A DNA stretch of 34,620 bases from Candidatus Zambryskiibacteriota bacterium (GTDB lineage Bacteria > Patescibacteriota > Minisyncoccia > Phycocordibacterales > DATGWK01). Each line of letters starts with the position of its first letter. Within the stretch, counting starts at the first letter, position 1. Below the pieces are notes generated by a model. It was not told the origin of the DNA, searched no databases, and saw nothing but the letters and a program-made list of their open reading frames with translations. The translations under genes were made by a program, and so were the position numbers. The stretch covers positions 13,408 through 48,027 of the forward strand of contig JAHFLV010000004.1 in assembly GCA_023264565.1 (NCBI GenBank). The letters run 5' to 3'. This document shows positions 1-10,022 of the stretch, in pieces.

Positions 1-384
1 TTTTAAGCTTTCTGGAAGAGTGGTTTGAGGTCGGCGAAGGACTGCGTGTATGCGAGCCAGTAGCTCTTGAAATGAAAACGGCTTTGCTACGTAGTCGTCG
101 GCACCCATAGAGAGTAGACGGATCTTTTCTTCGGAATCTGATTTAACTGAAATTAAAATAATGGGCATGGTTTTGCCGGCACCTCGAATTTCTTTGCACA
201 CCTCGATGCCGGTTTTCTTTGGTAAGACGTTGTCGAGCAAAATAATGTCGTAGTCGTTTGTGCGGGCGGTGTATGAACCACTCTCGCCATCATTTGCTGT
301 GTCTACAGAAAACATTTCTGCCTCAAGCCCGACTCTCAATAATTCTCTGATGTCTTTGTTGTCTTCGATGATGAGTATACGCAT
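1..384 (-). CDS. OmpR/PhoB-family response regulator, receiver domain (partial, runs off window start)
   Basis: Not in the ORF track. Manual translation from the ATG at 384 gives MRILIIEDNKDIRELLRVGLEAEMFSVDTANDGESG...YDIILLDNVLPKKTGIEVCKEIR...GADDYVAKPFSFQELLARIHAVLRR, with the receiver-domain ED, phospho-Asp and KPF motifs. Confidence 0.9.
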   Translation of the reverse strand, partial: MRILIIEDNKDIRELLRVGLEAEMFSVDTANDGESGSYTARTNDYDIILLDNVLPKKTGIEVCKEIRGAGKTMPIILISVKSDSEEKIRLLSMGADDYVAKPFSFQELLARIHAVLRRPQTTLPESLK

Positions 385-472
385 AAAAGTAATTTGTTGT
401 TAATACCTGACAACAAAATAGAATATACGTTTCTTTTACGCAAAATTAAGGATGGGGAAAAACTGTGGAAAA

Positions 473-1288
473 CTAGGGTATAAGAACCAGTATGTATCCA
501 AGGAACAGAACGGCGGCTATGATCCTGTATATACCAATTGCTTTAAATGAATGCTTTTGAACATACGAAAGGAAGAATTTTATGCTAAAAATTGCGGCAA
601 TAAACGAAGTAATAAAACCGACAGCAAGAATACCCAAGTTTCCACTCTCGCGGATTGTGCCGAAATTTTTGAGAATGTCATACCCAGCTGCGGCAGCGAC
701 CGTTGGAATAGCTAGTAAAAAAGAAAACTGAGCAGCAGCCTTGCGGCTTGAACCAAAAAGCATTGCGGGAATGATTGTGGCTGCAGCACGTGAGATACCG
801 GGTATAACTGCCAAAGATTGCACGGTTCCAATAATAATTGCTTGTTTGGTGGTGATATTTTGGAGTCCTGACTCATCGGAGCCTATAGATCCATTCTGAG
901 TATTTTTTGCCATTCGTTTTGTATATAAAAGGTCGACAAGAATGAGGGCGATGCCGCCGACAATTAAGCTGATTGCTGCTAAAACGAGATTACCAACCAG
1001 GTATGTTTTAATAGTTTTATAAAGAACAAAACCAATAACCGCCGTTGGAATAAAAGCCACGGTAATCTTTTTCCAAAGCCAAGTATTTTTTAAGAGAAAA
1101 GAACCGAACATAACGATAACAGCCAAAATCGCACCAAGTTGAATGATTATTTCAAAACTCTTAACAAAATCACTTTGCGCAATGTTGAGAATTTTAGAGG
1201 CGAACATGAGATGGGCAGTAGACGAAATCGGCAAAAATTCCGTAAAACCTTCCACGAGTCCCATGATGATTGCTTGTACGAATGTCAT
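473..1288 (-). CDS. uppP: Undecaprenyl-diphosphate phosphatase (BacA family)
   Basis: GLVEGFTEFLPISSTAHL and PGISRAAATI motifs, multiple TM helices. Start moved to MTFVQAII (ATG 1288). Confidence 0.93.
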   Translation of the reverse strand: MTFVQAIIMGLVEGFTEFLPISSTAHLMFASKILNIAQSDFVKSFEIIIQLGAILAVIVMFGSFLLKNTWLWKKITVAFIPTAVIGFVLYKTIKTYLVGNLVLAAISLIVGGIALILVDLLYTKRMAKNTQNGSIGSDESGLQNITTKQAIIIGTVQSLAVIPGISRAAATIIPAMLFGSSRKAAAQFSFLLAIPTVAAAAGYDILKNFGTIRESGNLGILAVGFITSFIAAIFSIKFFLSYVQKHSFKAIGIYRIIAAVLFLGYILVLIP

Positions 1289-1343
1289 ATTCAATAATGG
1301 TATCACGTCGGATGTGGTGCTGTGGCTGTGATATATTCTGTAT

Positions 1344-1910
1344 ATGAGAACAAAAATTATATTAGGAATTCTTGCGCTTCTCTGTATTCTGGGAGTTTTG
1401 TTTTGGTTTCTTTCTGAGAAAAGATCCATTGATCGTATTACAACCTTTGATGAATGTATTCAAAATGGGTTTCCGGCAAACGGACTCAATCCAAGTCACT
1501 GTACACTGCCAGACGGTAGGGTTTTTGATGAAATAATCGAACCACCAACTCAAAATGAATCTGGTACAAGTACGCCAAGTCATCCGCTGGTGTCAGTCGA
1601 CAAAATAAAGAATGGCCAGGTTGTGACAAGCCCACTGACCATAACCGGCAAGGCTCGAGGATACTGGTATTTTGAAGCCTCGTTTCCTGTTGAGCTTTTG
1701 GATGCCGCCGGCAAACAAATTGCTGCTGGCCCTGCGCAGGCTCAAGGTGATTGGATGACCGAAGATTTTGTGCCGTTTACTATTACTCTGAACTTCGAAA
1801 ATAAAACCGAACAAAAGGGAACTCTTGTATTACACAAAGACAATCCATCTGGTTTGTCAGAAAGAGAAGATACACTCAGCATCCCGGTTGTGATTGGTGT
1901 CTCGGAATAG
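1344..1910 (+). CDS. Membrane-anchored protein with C-terminal Gmad2-like immunoglobulin domain
   Basis: N-terminal TM helix, a short segment with two Cys (FDECIQNG...CTLPDG), then VTSPLTITGKARGYWYFEASFPVELLD resembling the Gmad2 Ig-like family. Confidence 0.65.
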   Translation: MRTKIILGILALLCILGVLFWFLSEKRSIDRITTFDECIQNGFPANGLNPSHCTLPDGRVFDEIIEPPTQNESGTSTPSHPLVSVDKIKNGQVVTSPLTITGKARGYWYFEASFPVELLDAAGKQIAAGPAQAQGDWMTEDFVPFTITLNFENKTEQKGTLVLHKDNPSGLSEREDTLSIPVVIGVSE

Positions 1911-1928
1911 TTATATAAGTTTCTCATT

Positions 1929-1988
1929 AAAAAAACCACACCCCCTTTGTAGCGATTAGCCGTAGCGGAAAAGGAGGTGTGGTTTTTT
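1929..1988. terminator. Bidirectional terminator-like hairpin between convergent genes, with a 21-nt loop
   Basis: AAAAAACCACACC-C-CCTTT / AAAGG-A-GGTGTGGTTTTTT inverted repeat with A and T tracts. Confidence 0.75.
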
Positions 1989-1994
1989 GTATTC

Positions 1995-3875
1995 TTACAT
2001 TCCCAAAATAACTGGAATGACAATCGGTTTCTTGGCGGTTTTCTGGAAGAGGAAACGGCTGACTGCGTCTGTAACGCTCGACTTTACGTATTCGAAGTTG
2101 ATTGGGTTCATGCCCTCGGTAGTAGTTTCAACTGTTTTCTTGATGATCAAGCGAGCTTGCTGGAGCAAATCCTGAGATTCTCGCAGATACACGAAACCTC
2201 GAGAAATAATGTCTGGAGACTTTCGGAGCTTTCCAGTGCGAGCATTGATGGTTGCGATGATGACGAACATGCCTTCTTCGGCAAGCATCTTTCGATCTCG
2301 AATGACGACCTCTTGCATATCACCGATTGTGAAGCCTTCAACCATCATGTCATCAGATGGTGCTTTTTCCTTGAGAACCATGATCTTGCTTGCGTCTGGG
2401 GCGATTTCAACGATTGAACCGTTGTCTGGTACGACAATGTTTTCTTTCGGTGTGCCCAAAATATGCGCGAGTTCAGCGTGCATTTTTACTCTGTAGTGCT
2501 GACCGTGGACAGGCATAAAGAATTTGTATGGAATCTGTTTGTGAATCCATTCGAGCTCGCCGCGTTTACCGTGACCAGATGCATGAACGTCTGAGTCGAG
2601 GTAGGTAATGATCTTTGGATCATGGCGATACAAATTGTCCTTGAGCTTGTCGACCGCCTTTTCATTTCCAGGAATAACTGAAGAAGAGAAAATGATAGTG
2701 TCGGTTTTGTTGAGCTTCACTTGCTTATGAGATTTGTTGGCCATTCGCATAAGGGCAGCGAATTCTTCACCCTGAGCACCGGTTGAGAGAATAAGAATTT
2801 TGCTTGGCGGATACTTGTCGATGTCTTCGATTGGCACGATGTGGTCGACTTCAACGAGGTTCAAGTGTTTGATGATGTCGACGTTGGTTTTCATGCTTCG
2901 TCCCTCGATGACAACTTTCTTGCCATACTTTTTAGCCATTTTGATGAACTCAATAATGCGTTCAACCTGAGACGCAAAGGTTGCAATAACGAGACGACCA
3001 GGAACATCGGCAACTATTTTGTCGATGGTGTTCATGACGTGAGTTTCAGACATTGAGAAACCCGGGCGATCGATACCAGTTGAGTCCATAGCCAAAAGAA
3101 GAATATTTCGGTCTTTGAACATTTTGTACTGTTCGATTTCGCGAGGGTTCGGCACGCCGTCTTCGTTGTCGACACGTACGTCTCCAGTGTTCACAATGTC
3201 TCCAAATGGAGTCTCGATGATGATACCGGTTGAATCTGGAATCGAATGAGTAAGACCGAAGAATCGAACCTTGAGATTTGGACTCAAAGGAACTGCTCCG
3301 TCATCTGCGCCGATGATTTTAATATCGAGCGGTGCCAAATGAGCAAATTCTTCTTGTCGCTTTTTAATCAAAAGTGCGCCGAATTCACGAGTATAAATTG
3401 GCGGATTGCCAAGGCGTTCGATGAGGTAGGGAATGCCTCCGATATGATCCAAATGACCGTGCGTAATAACCAACGCTCGGATTTTGTGCTTGTTTTCTTC
3501 GAGGTATTTGATGTTAGGTAAAATGTAGTCGACGCCCGGAGTTTCGGTGTCGCTAAACTGCACGCCGGCATCAATAACAATGATGTCGTTTTTGTATTCG
3601 ACGAGCATCATGTTTTTGCCGATTTCTTCAACTCCACCCAAAGGAATGATTCGGATATTGTCGCCGGATGAAGGAATTTTTACGGTTTCGTTGCGTCGGT
3701 CAGCACGGTCGCCACGCTTTTCGGGTGGGCGACTCTGGTGCATACCTCGTGGTGGTCGGTGACCATGACGTCGTCCCGTTCCACTGTGTCCGGCCGGTCC
3801 GCCAGTTCTGGCTGGTGCTCCTGACACTCCTGTTGCTACTGGTCCGCGGTTATTTCGTTCTGTTTTTTCTTGCAT
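1995..3875 (-). CDS. rnj: Ribonuclease J
   Basis: IIPLGGVEEIGKNM, THGHLDHIGG metallo-beta-lactamase motif, HASGH, PVHG; Arg/Gly/Pro-rich N-terminal extension. Confidence 0.96.
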   Translation of the reverse strand: MQEKTERNNRGPVATGVSGAPARTGGPAGHSGTGRRHGHRPPRGMHQSRPPEKRGDRADRRNETVKIPSSGDNIRIIPLGGVEEIGKNMMLVEYKNDIIVIDAGVQFSDTETPGVDYILPNIKYLEENKHKIRALVITHGHLDHIGGIPYLIERLGNPPIYTREFGALLIKKRQEEFAHLAPLDIKIIGADDGAVPLSPNLKVRFFGLTHSIPDSTGIIIETPFGDIVNTGDVRVDNEDGVPNPREIEQYKMFKDRNILLLAMDSTGIDRPGFSMSETHVMNTIDKIVADVPGRLVIATFASQVERIIEFIKMAKKYGKKVVIEGRSMKTNVDIIKHLNLVEVDHIVPIEDIDKYPPSKILILSTGAQGEEFAALMRMANKSHKQVKLNKTDTIIFSSSVIPGNEKAVDKLKDNLYRHDPKIITYLDSDVHASGHGKRGELEWIHKQIPYKFFMPVHGQHYRVKMHAELAHILGTPKENIVVPDNGSIVEIAPDASKIMVLKEKAPSDDMMVEGFTIGDMQEVVIRDRKMLAEEGMFVIIATINARTGKLRKSPDIISRGFVYLRESQDLLQQARLIIKKTVETTTEGMNPINFEYVKSSVTDAVSRFLFQKTAKKPIVIPVILGM

Positions 3876-3942
3876 GTGTTTGTAATTAATTGTTGCTACT
3901 TATAATTTGAAATTGATAATTTTCTAAAATCTTGCTGTTGGA

Positions 3943-5748
3943 TTAGTACGCAAAGAATTTCCATACCTTACTTGTTTCTGTATACCATTCATGAACATTA
4001 AGGAATCGTTCGCCTGGATCCGTAATATTGCCGATCGTTACGTTTTGCAATCGTTTTGGAATGACGTAAATGAAATGAGGCGAATAAATGAATGCTGCTG
4101 GCAAATCTTTCTTAAACAAACCCACAAAATCTTCTGTTTTAGCAATGCGATCGTCTCGATCTTGGGTTAGTCGCAAACTCTCGAGAATCTTGTCCGCTGT
4201 GATATTGGTGTACAAAGCGATATTCAAGCCTGGATCATTTCGCTGCGATGAATGCCAAAATGGATAGAGATCAAACTCACGGCCAACAACTTCTCCGAAA
4301 AGCAAAGCGTCAAACTTTCGAGGTCGAATGACATTCTGGTTGAGGTCGCCGATCTCAAAAACCTTGAGAGTAACTGACGCGCCAATTTTTTCCCAGTCTG
4401 CTTTTATGAGTTCAGCCGCACGTTTAAGCTCTTCCGCGTCTCCGGTAGAAAGTGTGAATGAAAGGGGAATCACATTCGTTCCAACTTTTTTCTCCATAAT
4501 TCCTGTCTTTGAATTAAGTGTCCAACCGGCTTTTGTTAGGATGGCAATTGCTCGATCGACTCTCGACAGATCGTTTGCAAACAAGGTTGTGCTGGTGCTT
4601 GTTGTTGGGGTTGTGCTTGCCTGAACCATCGGACTGCTGGTTGAGTCAGTCAAACCAAGTGCGTAATCTGGTACTGGAGAATCGATCGCTGTCGCGTATC
4701 CCAAAAATACATCGTTAATAATTTTATTTTTATCAATCACAACAGAAAGTGCTTCTCGAACTTCTTTATTAAGAAATACGCCAGCTTGGTTTTGGTTAAA
4801 GAAAACTCCGAAGACTCTCGGCAATGGCGAAGTAACAATCTGGCTTTGAGCGAGATCAACTTTCTTGAGATTCTCAGGCGATACACCGCTCATGCTGTCG
4901 ATCTCTTCGTTAGCAAACGCGTCGATAACCTCGCTTTCATTTTGGTAAAAGTTAAGAGTGATGGTTGAAAGGAAGGGTTTACCCAATGCATAGTCTCCAA
5001 AGGCCTTGAGAGTGTAAAGGGTTGGTAAGCCGTATGAATTTCTTTTTACTTTTGAAATCTCATATGGTCCGCTGCCCGGCGCGTTGACGTTTAATTCGCT
5101 AAATGAAAATTCATCAGAAGGAATGTCTTTCCAAACATGCTCGGGAATAATACCAACGGTGAAGTTTTCAATAAAAGGCGCATATGCCTGCTTTAATGTA
5201 AAAGTGATTTTATGTGAATCGATTTTTTGAATAGAAACACCCTCCCAAGTTGGGCGTTGTGGGCTTTTTACCGTTGGATCCTGAATTCGCTGAACAGTGA
5301 ATTCAATATCGTCGGTAGTGATTCTTTCTCCATCATGAAAATAGACATCGTCTTTGAGTGTAAAAGTATATGTTCGGCCGTCACTGGAAATTTGGTAGTT
5401 GTCAGCGAGATCGCCAACAAGCTTGCCTTCAGGTGTAGTTTTTAAAAGGCCTGAAAAGACGAGCGATGTAAGATCTTTGTCAGCGTCAGAAATTGCGAGT
5501 ACTGGATTTACAAAGCGGGGAACACCAACAATGCCTTCGGTAATGTCACCCCCATGATCTGGCACCTCAACCATAAAACGGTTGTTGAGGTTAGACAAAA
5601 GAACCAAACCGGTTGCGACTGTAAGCAAGACAAAAGCAAAGAAGACCACGCGTTCTGTTACAGAAAATGTACTGATCGCCTTATAAAATGATCTGAGAAA
5701 TGGCCCACGCTGGGCGCTGTTTGGAGTTATTGAGCTGTTTTGGTCCAC
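3943..5748 (-). CDS. ABC transporter family-5 (peptide/OppA-like) substrate-binding protein, N-terminal membrane anchor
   Basis: LVFSGLLK...GDLA...YTFTLKDDVYFHDGERITTDDIEFT, PGSGPYEI and VREALS motifs; GTG start. Confidence 0.85.
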   Translation of the reverse strand: MDQNSSITPNSAQRGPFLRSFYKAISTFSVTERVVFFAFVLLTVATGLVLLSNLNNRFMVEVPDHGGDITEGIVGVPRFVNPVLAISDADKDLTSLVFSGLLKTTPEGKLVGDLADNYQISSDGRTYTFTLKDDVYFHDGERITTDDIEFTVQRIQDPTVKSPQRPTWEGVSIQKIDSHKITFTLKQAYAPFIENFTVGIIPEHVWKDIPSDEFSFSELNVNAPGSGPYEISKVKRNSYGLPTLYTLKAFGDYALGKPFLSTITLNFYQNESEVIDAFANEEIDSMSGVSPENLKKVDLAQSQIVTSPLPRVFGVFFNQNQAGVFLNKEVREALSVVIDKNKIINDVFLGYATAIDSPVPDYALGLTDSTSSPMVQASTTPTTSTSTTLFANDLSRVDRAIAILTKAGWTLNSKTGIMEKKVGTNVIPLSFTLSTGDAEELKRAAELIKADWEKIGASVTLKVFEIGDLNQNVIRPRKFDALLFGEVVGREFDLYPFWHSSQRNDPGLNIALYTNITADKILESLRLTQDRDDRIAKTEDFVGLFKKDLPAAFIYSPHFIYVIPKRLQNVTIGNITDPGERFLNVHEWYTETSKVWKFFAY

Positions 5749-5804
5749 AAAGTGAGAATCAATGGCGCTACGTACGCCAGATTTTGAATTACGCTAGTAA
5801 GTTT

Positions 5805-6041
5805 CTAGTGAAAAAACAAAGTGATGAGGGCAGAAAGGGCGAAGAGTATGCCGAGAATGATCGTGCTGTAAAACAAGGTTTTTTCTAAACCGCGTCTTTC
5901 ATGAAAGCCAGCTGAAAAGCCGTCCGCGCCGAATGCGCTTCCGAGGCCCGCTTCAGATCTCTGGAGCAAAATTGCTGCCATGAGTAGAACCGAGAGGATG
6001 ACTTGAATGATCGGTAAAACCGAACTGATGAAAAACGCCAT
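5805..6041 (-). CDS. secG: Preprotein translocase subunit SecG
   Basis: 78 aa from ATG 6041, two TM helices flanking ILLQRSEAGLGSAFG...RRGLEKTLF. Confidence 0.9.
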   Translation of the reverse strand: MAFFISSVLPIIQVILSVLLMAAILLQRSEAGLGSAFGADGFSAGFHERRGLEKTLFYSTIILGILFALSALITLFFH

Positions 6042-6048
6042 TTGCACT

Positions 6049-6076
6049 ATTATACCTGCGAGCTTTGAAATGGCAA
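6049..6076 (-). promoter_or_regulatory. Putative sigma70 promoter of secG (leaderless)
   Basis: Minus strand TTGCCA-16nt-TATAAT, then 7 nt to the ATG. Confidence 0.55.
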
Positions 6077-6214
6077 GGTTGTAAAAAAGAGCACGCGTCA
6101 GAATTCCCGACCGGGAATTCTGCGCTCCCTCTCGTCCTCGCATCTTTTTTGTATCACACGGTAGTAGCTGCTCGGACCGCGACAGTCTCTTTTTTACAAC
6201 CTTGCCATTTCAAA
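6064..6214. repeat. 151-bp element bounded by a perfect 28-bp inverted repeat (MITE-like or structured RNA)
   Basis: TTTGAAATGGCAAGGTTGTAAAAAAGAG (6064-6091) is the exact reverse complement of 6187-6214. Internal hairpin CAGAATTCCC-GACC-GGGAATTCTG (6099-6122). Confidence 0.8.
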
Positions 6215-6233
6215 CTCCTTAACCCAGGCAAAG

Positions 6234-6256
6234 AAAAACGCCCTTGAAAGGGCGTT
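6234..6256 (-). terminator. Intrinsic terminator of the two-gene unknown-ORF cassette
   Basis: AACGCCCTT/AAGGGCGTT hairpin with a minus-strand T tract. Confidence 0.7.
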
Positions 6257-6274
6257 GTAAACGTGGATCGAGAA

Positions 6275-6427
6275 CTAGTGGATGCAGCAACTACCGATCA
6301 GGGTGATCAGTACGAGGCCAACGGTCCAGGTTGTGATCCTAAAACCTTTCCAGAAGCGCCTCCAAAAGCGTTCCTTTTTGGCAAGATACTCCTGATGCCT
6401 TCTCCTTCTCTCCTGATGAGACAACAT
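6275..6427 (-). CDS. 50-aa basic, tail-anchored small membrane protein (unknown function)
   Basis: Below the ORF-track cutoff: MLSHQERRRRHQEYLAKKERFWRRFWKGFRITTWTVGLVLITLIGSCCIH*. GGAG lies upstream of the ATG and a terminator follows. Confidence 0.55.
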   Translation of the reverse strand: MLSHQERRRRHQEYLAKKERFWRRFWKGFRITTWTVGLVLITLIGSCCIH

Positions 6428-6468
6428 TCTTTTTACTCCATGGGGTTTTGGATTTGTCGTTGTGACGC

Positions 6469-6969
6469 TTATTTATCGGGAGTCTCGGAACCGAACCTGA
6501 TGCCCATGCTTGCTGGCTTGAGCCGTGTGAGCTGTGCGAGGAATTTCTCTTTCGCGTCGGCGATTTCGGCGGCTGTGCTTTTGTTGTGGCCGGTTGCCAT
6601 GACGACGGTAATCTTCGTGTTTTTCCACAGCTTCGCCAGTTCGTCGACGTGGATCTTTTTGACCACGCCTTTTTGGACCAGTTCGAGCTGATAGTGGTTG
6701 GCATGTCCAACTGTGTACCAGCCGTAGGGGATTCCGAGATCGAATGTGTCATCTGTTTTTTCAAAACAGATGTAGTCGTCCGGCATGATCGTGCCCGAGA
6801 CGTGTGTTGTTGGGTTCATGAAGGAGACACCGTCGTCTTCTGGTCCGTTGTATGTCCACCAGAACAAAAATGTAACAGCGAAGACTATAAACACACAGAG
6901 CATGCTTTCCCATGGCCCCATTTTTGCTTGGGGATAGGGGTATTGCGACGTCGCTGTTGTTGTGACCAT
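6469..6969 (-). CDS. Hypothetical single-pass membrane protein
   Basis: 166-aa ORF with one N-terminal TM segment, AAGGA SD and an upstream promoter. Confidence 0.65.
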   Translation of the reverse strand: MVTTTATSQYPYPQAKMGPWESMLCVFIVFAVTFLFWWTYNGPEDDGVSFMNPTTHVSGTIMPDDYICFEKTDDTFDLGIPYGWYTVGHANHYQLELVQKGVVKKIHVDELAKLWKNTKITVVMATGHNKSTAAEIADAKEKFLAQLTRLKPASMGIRFGSETPDK

Positions 6970-7037
6970 TTCTGAGTTCCTTTTCCAAAGAGCTTGTTTG
7001 TTTTCAATTAGCCCAGCGCCATTGACATCTGGAAAGT

Positions 7038-7065
7038 ATTATGATGATTTTGCTGAAAAAGTCAA
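7038..7065 (-). promoter_or_regulatory. Sigma70-type promoter of the 6469-6969 cassette
   Basis: Minus strand TTGACT-16nt-CATAAT. Confidence 0.55.
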
Positions 7066-7175
7066 GTTTTGTCAGACCCGTCGCGATTTAAAAACTGAGC
7101 ATATATAAAAGCTTGATAGCAAGATCATGGGTGCTGGTATACTGCTGTCACGATTATTCGTTTACACTTTTTTAT

Positions 7176-9231
<2,056 letters not shown>

Positions 9232-9348
9232 ACCGGCGGTGGATTATCAAAGATTTCACAGGTTTTGTTCGAAGAATTAAAATAAAAAAAGCGGATTTTG
9301 TGCTATAATTCTCGCGTTATATTTAACTATATTTAACCCCTAAAACAC

Positions 9349-9897
9349 ATGTATATTATTCTCGCAATAATTATTTTAGCTGTGCTTTGGATTGCGTTTG
9401 CGTACAACAACTTTGTTCGTAAGGTTAATCGTTCAAAAGAAGCGTGGGCAGATATCGATGTTCAGCTCAAACGCCGCTATGACCTTATTCCAAATCTCGT
9501 AAATACCGTGAAGGGTTACGCGGCCCACGAATCCGGCACGCTTGAAAAGGTTATTGCTGCTCGAAACACTGCTATGAGCGCGACTGGCACCGCTGCCAAG
9601 GGCGCCGCTGAGCAAGGCCTCGCCGGTGCTTTGAAATCCGTATTTGCTATCGCTGAACAATATCCTGACCTCAAGGCCAATCAGAATTTCCTTGCTCTCC
9701 AGACCGAACTTTCTGACACTGAAAATAAAATTCAGGCTGCTCGACGCTTCTACAACACAAACGTTCGTGACCTTAACACCGCCGTTGAATCTTTCCCTGG
9801 AAATGTAATCGCTAAAAAGTTTCATTTCGAAAAGATGGAATTCTTTGATCTCGAACCAACCGACGCTGCACGTGAAAATGTCCAAGTGAAGTTCTAA
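9349..9897 (+). CDS. lemA: LemA family protein
   Basis: N-terminal TM, AWADIDVQLKRRYDLIPNLV, YPDLKANQNF, ARRFYN. Confidence 0.95.
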   Translation: MYIILAIIILAVLWIAFAYNNFVRKVNRSKEAWADIDVQLKRRYDLIPNLVNTVKGYAAHESGTLEKVIAARNTAMSATGTAAKGAAEQGLAGALKSVFAIAEQYPDLKANQNFLALQTELSDTENKIQAARRFYNTNVRDLNTAVESFPGNVIAKKFHFEKMEFFDLEPTDAARENVQVKF

Positions 9898-9908
9898 GTG
9901 CCTATATT

Positions 9909-10014
9909 TTATTCTGCAGTCTATTGAGAAGACCCGCAGGCAAGTTTGCTTGGTCCTGCGAAGACTTTAGTTGAGCCGGAAACTTTCCGGTCTTCGAAAT
10001 AGACTGCAGGATAA
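9909..10014. other. Highly structured intergenic element (three-way-junction RNA or inverted-repeat DNA element)
   Basis: 17-bp outer stem 9909-9925/9998-10014 (one G-U pair), GAAGACC/GGTCTTC, inner hairpins CGCAGG..CCTGCG and CCGGAAA/TTTCCGG. Confidence 0.7.
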
Positions 10015-10022
10015 TAACTTTT

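Noticed and set aside
1289..1429. ORF-track N-terminal extension of uppP
   Set aside because: It overlaps the divergent gene at 1344, and homology begins at MTFVQAII.
6092..6186. SRP RNA, 6S RNA or a self-cleaving ribozyme in the inverted-repeat core
   Set aside because: The diagnostic motifs (SRP domain IV, hammerhead CUGAUGA/GAAA) were not found on either strand by eye.
7113..7143. Possible CIRCE (HrcA) operator upstream of groES (TAGCAAGA...GGGTGCTGG)
   Set aside because: The half-sites are degenerate and the spacing does not fit TTAGCACTC-N9-GAGTGCTAA.
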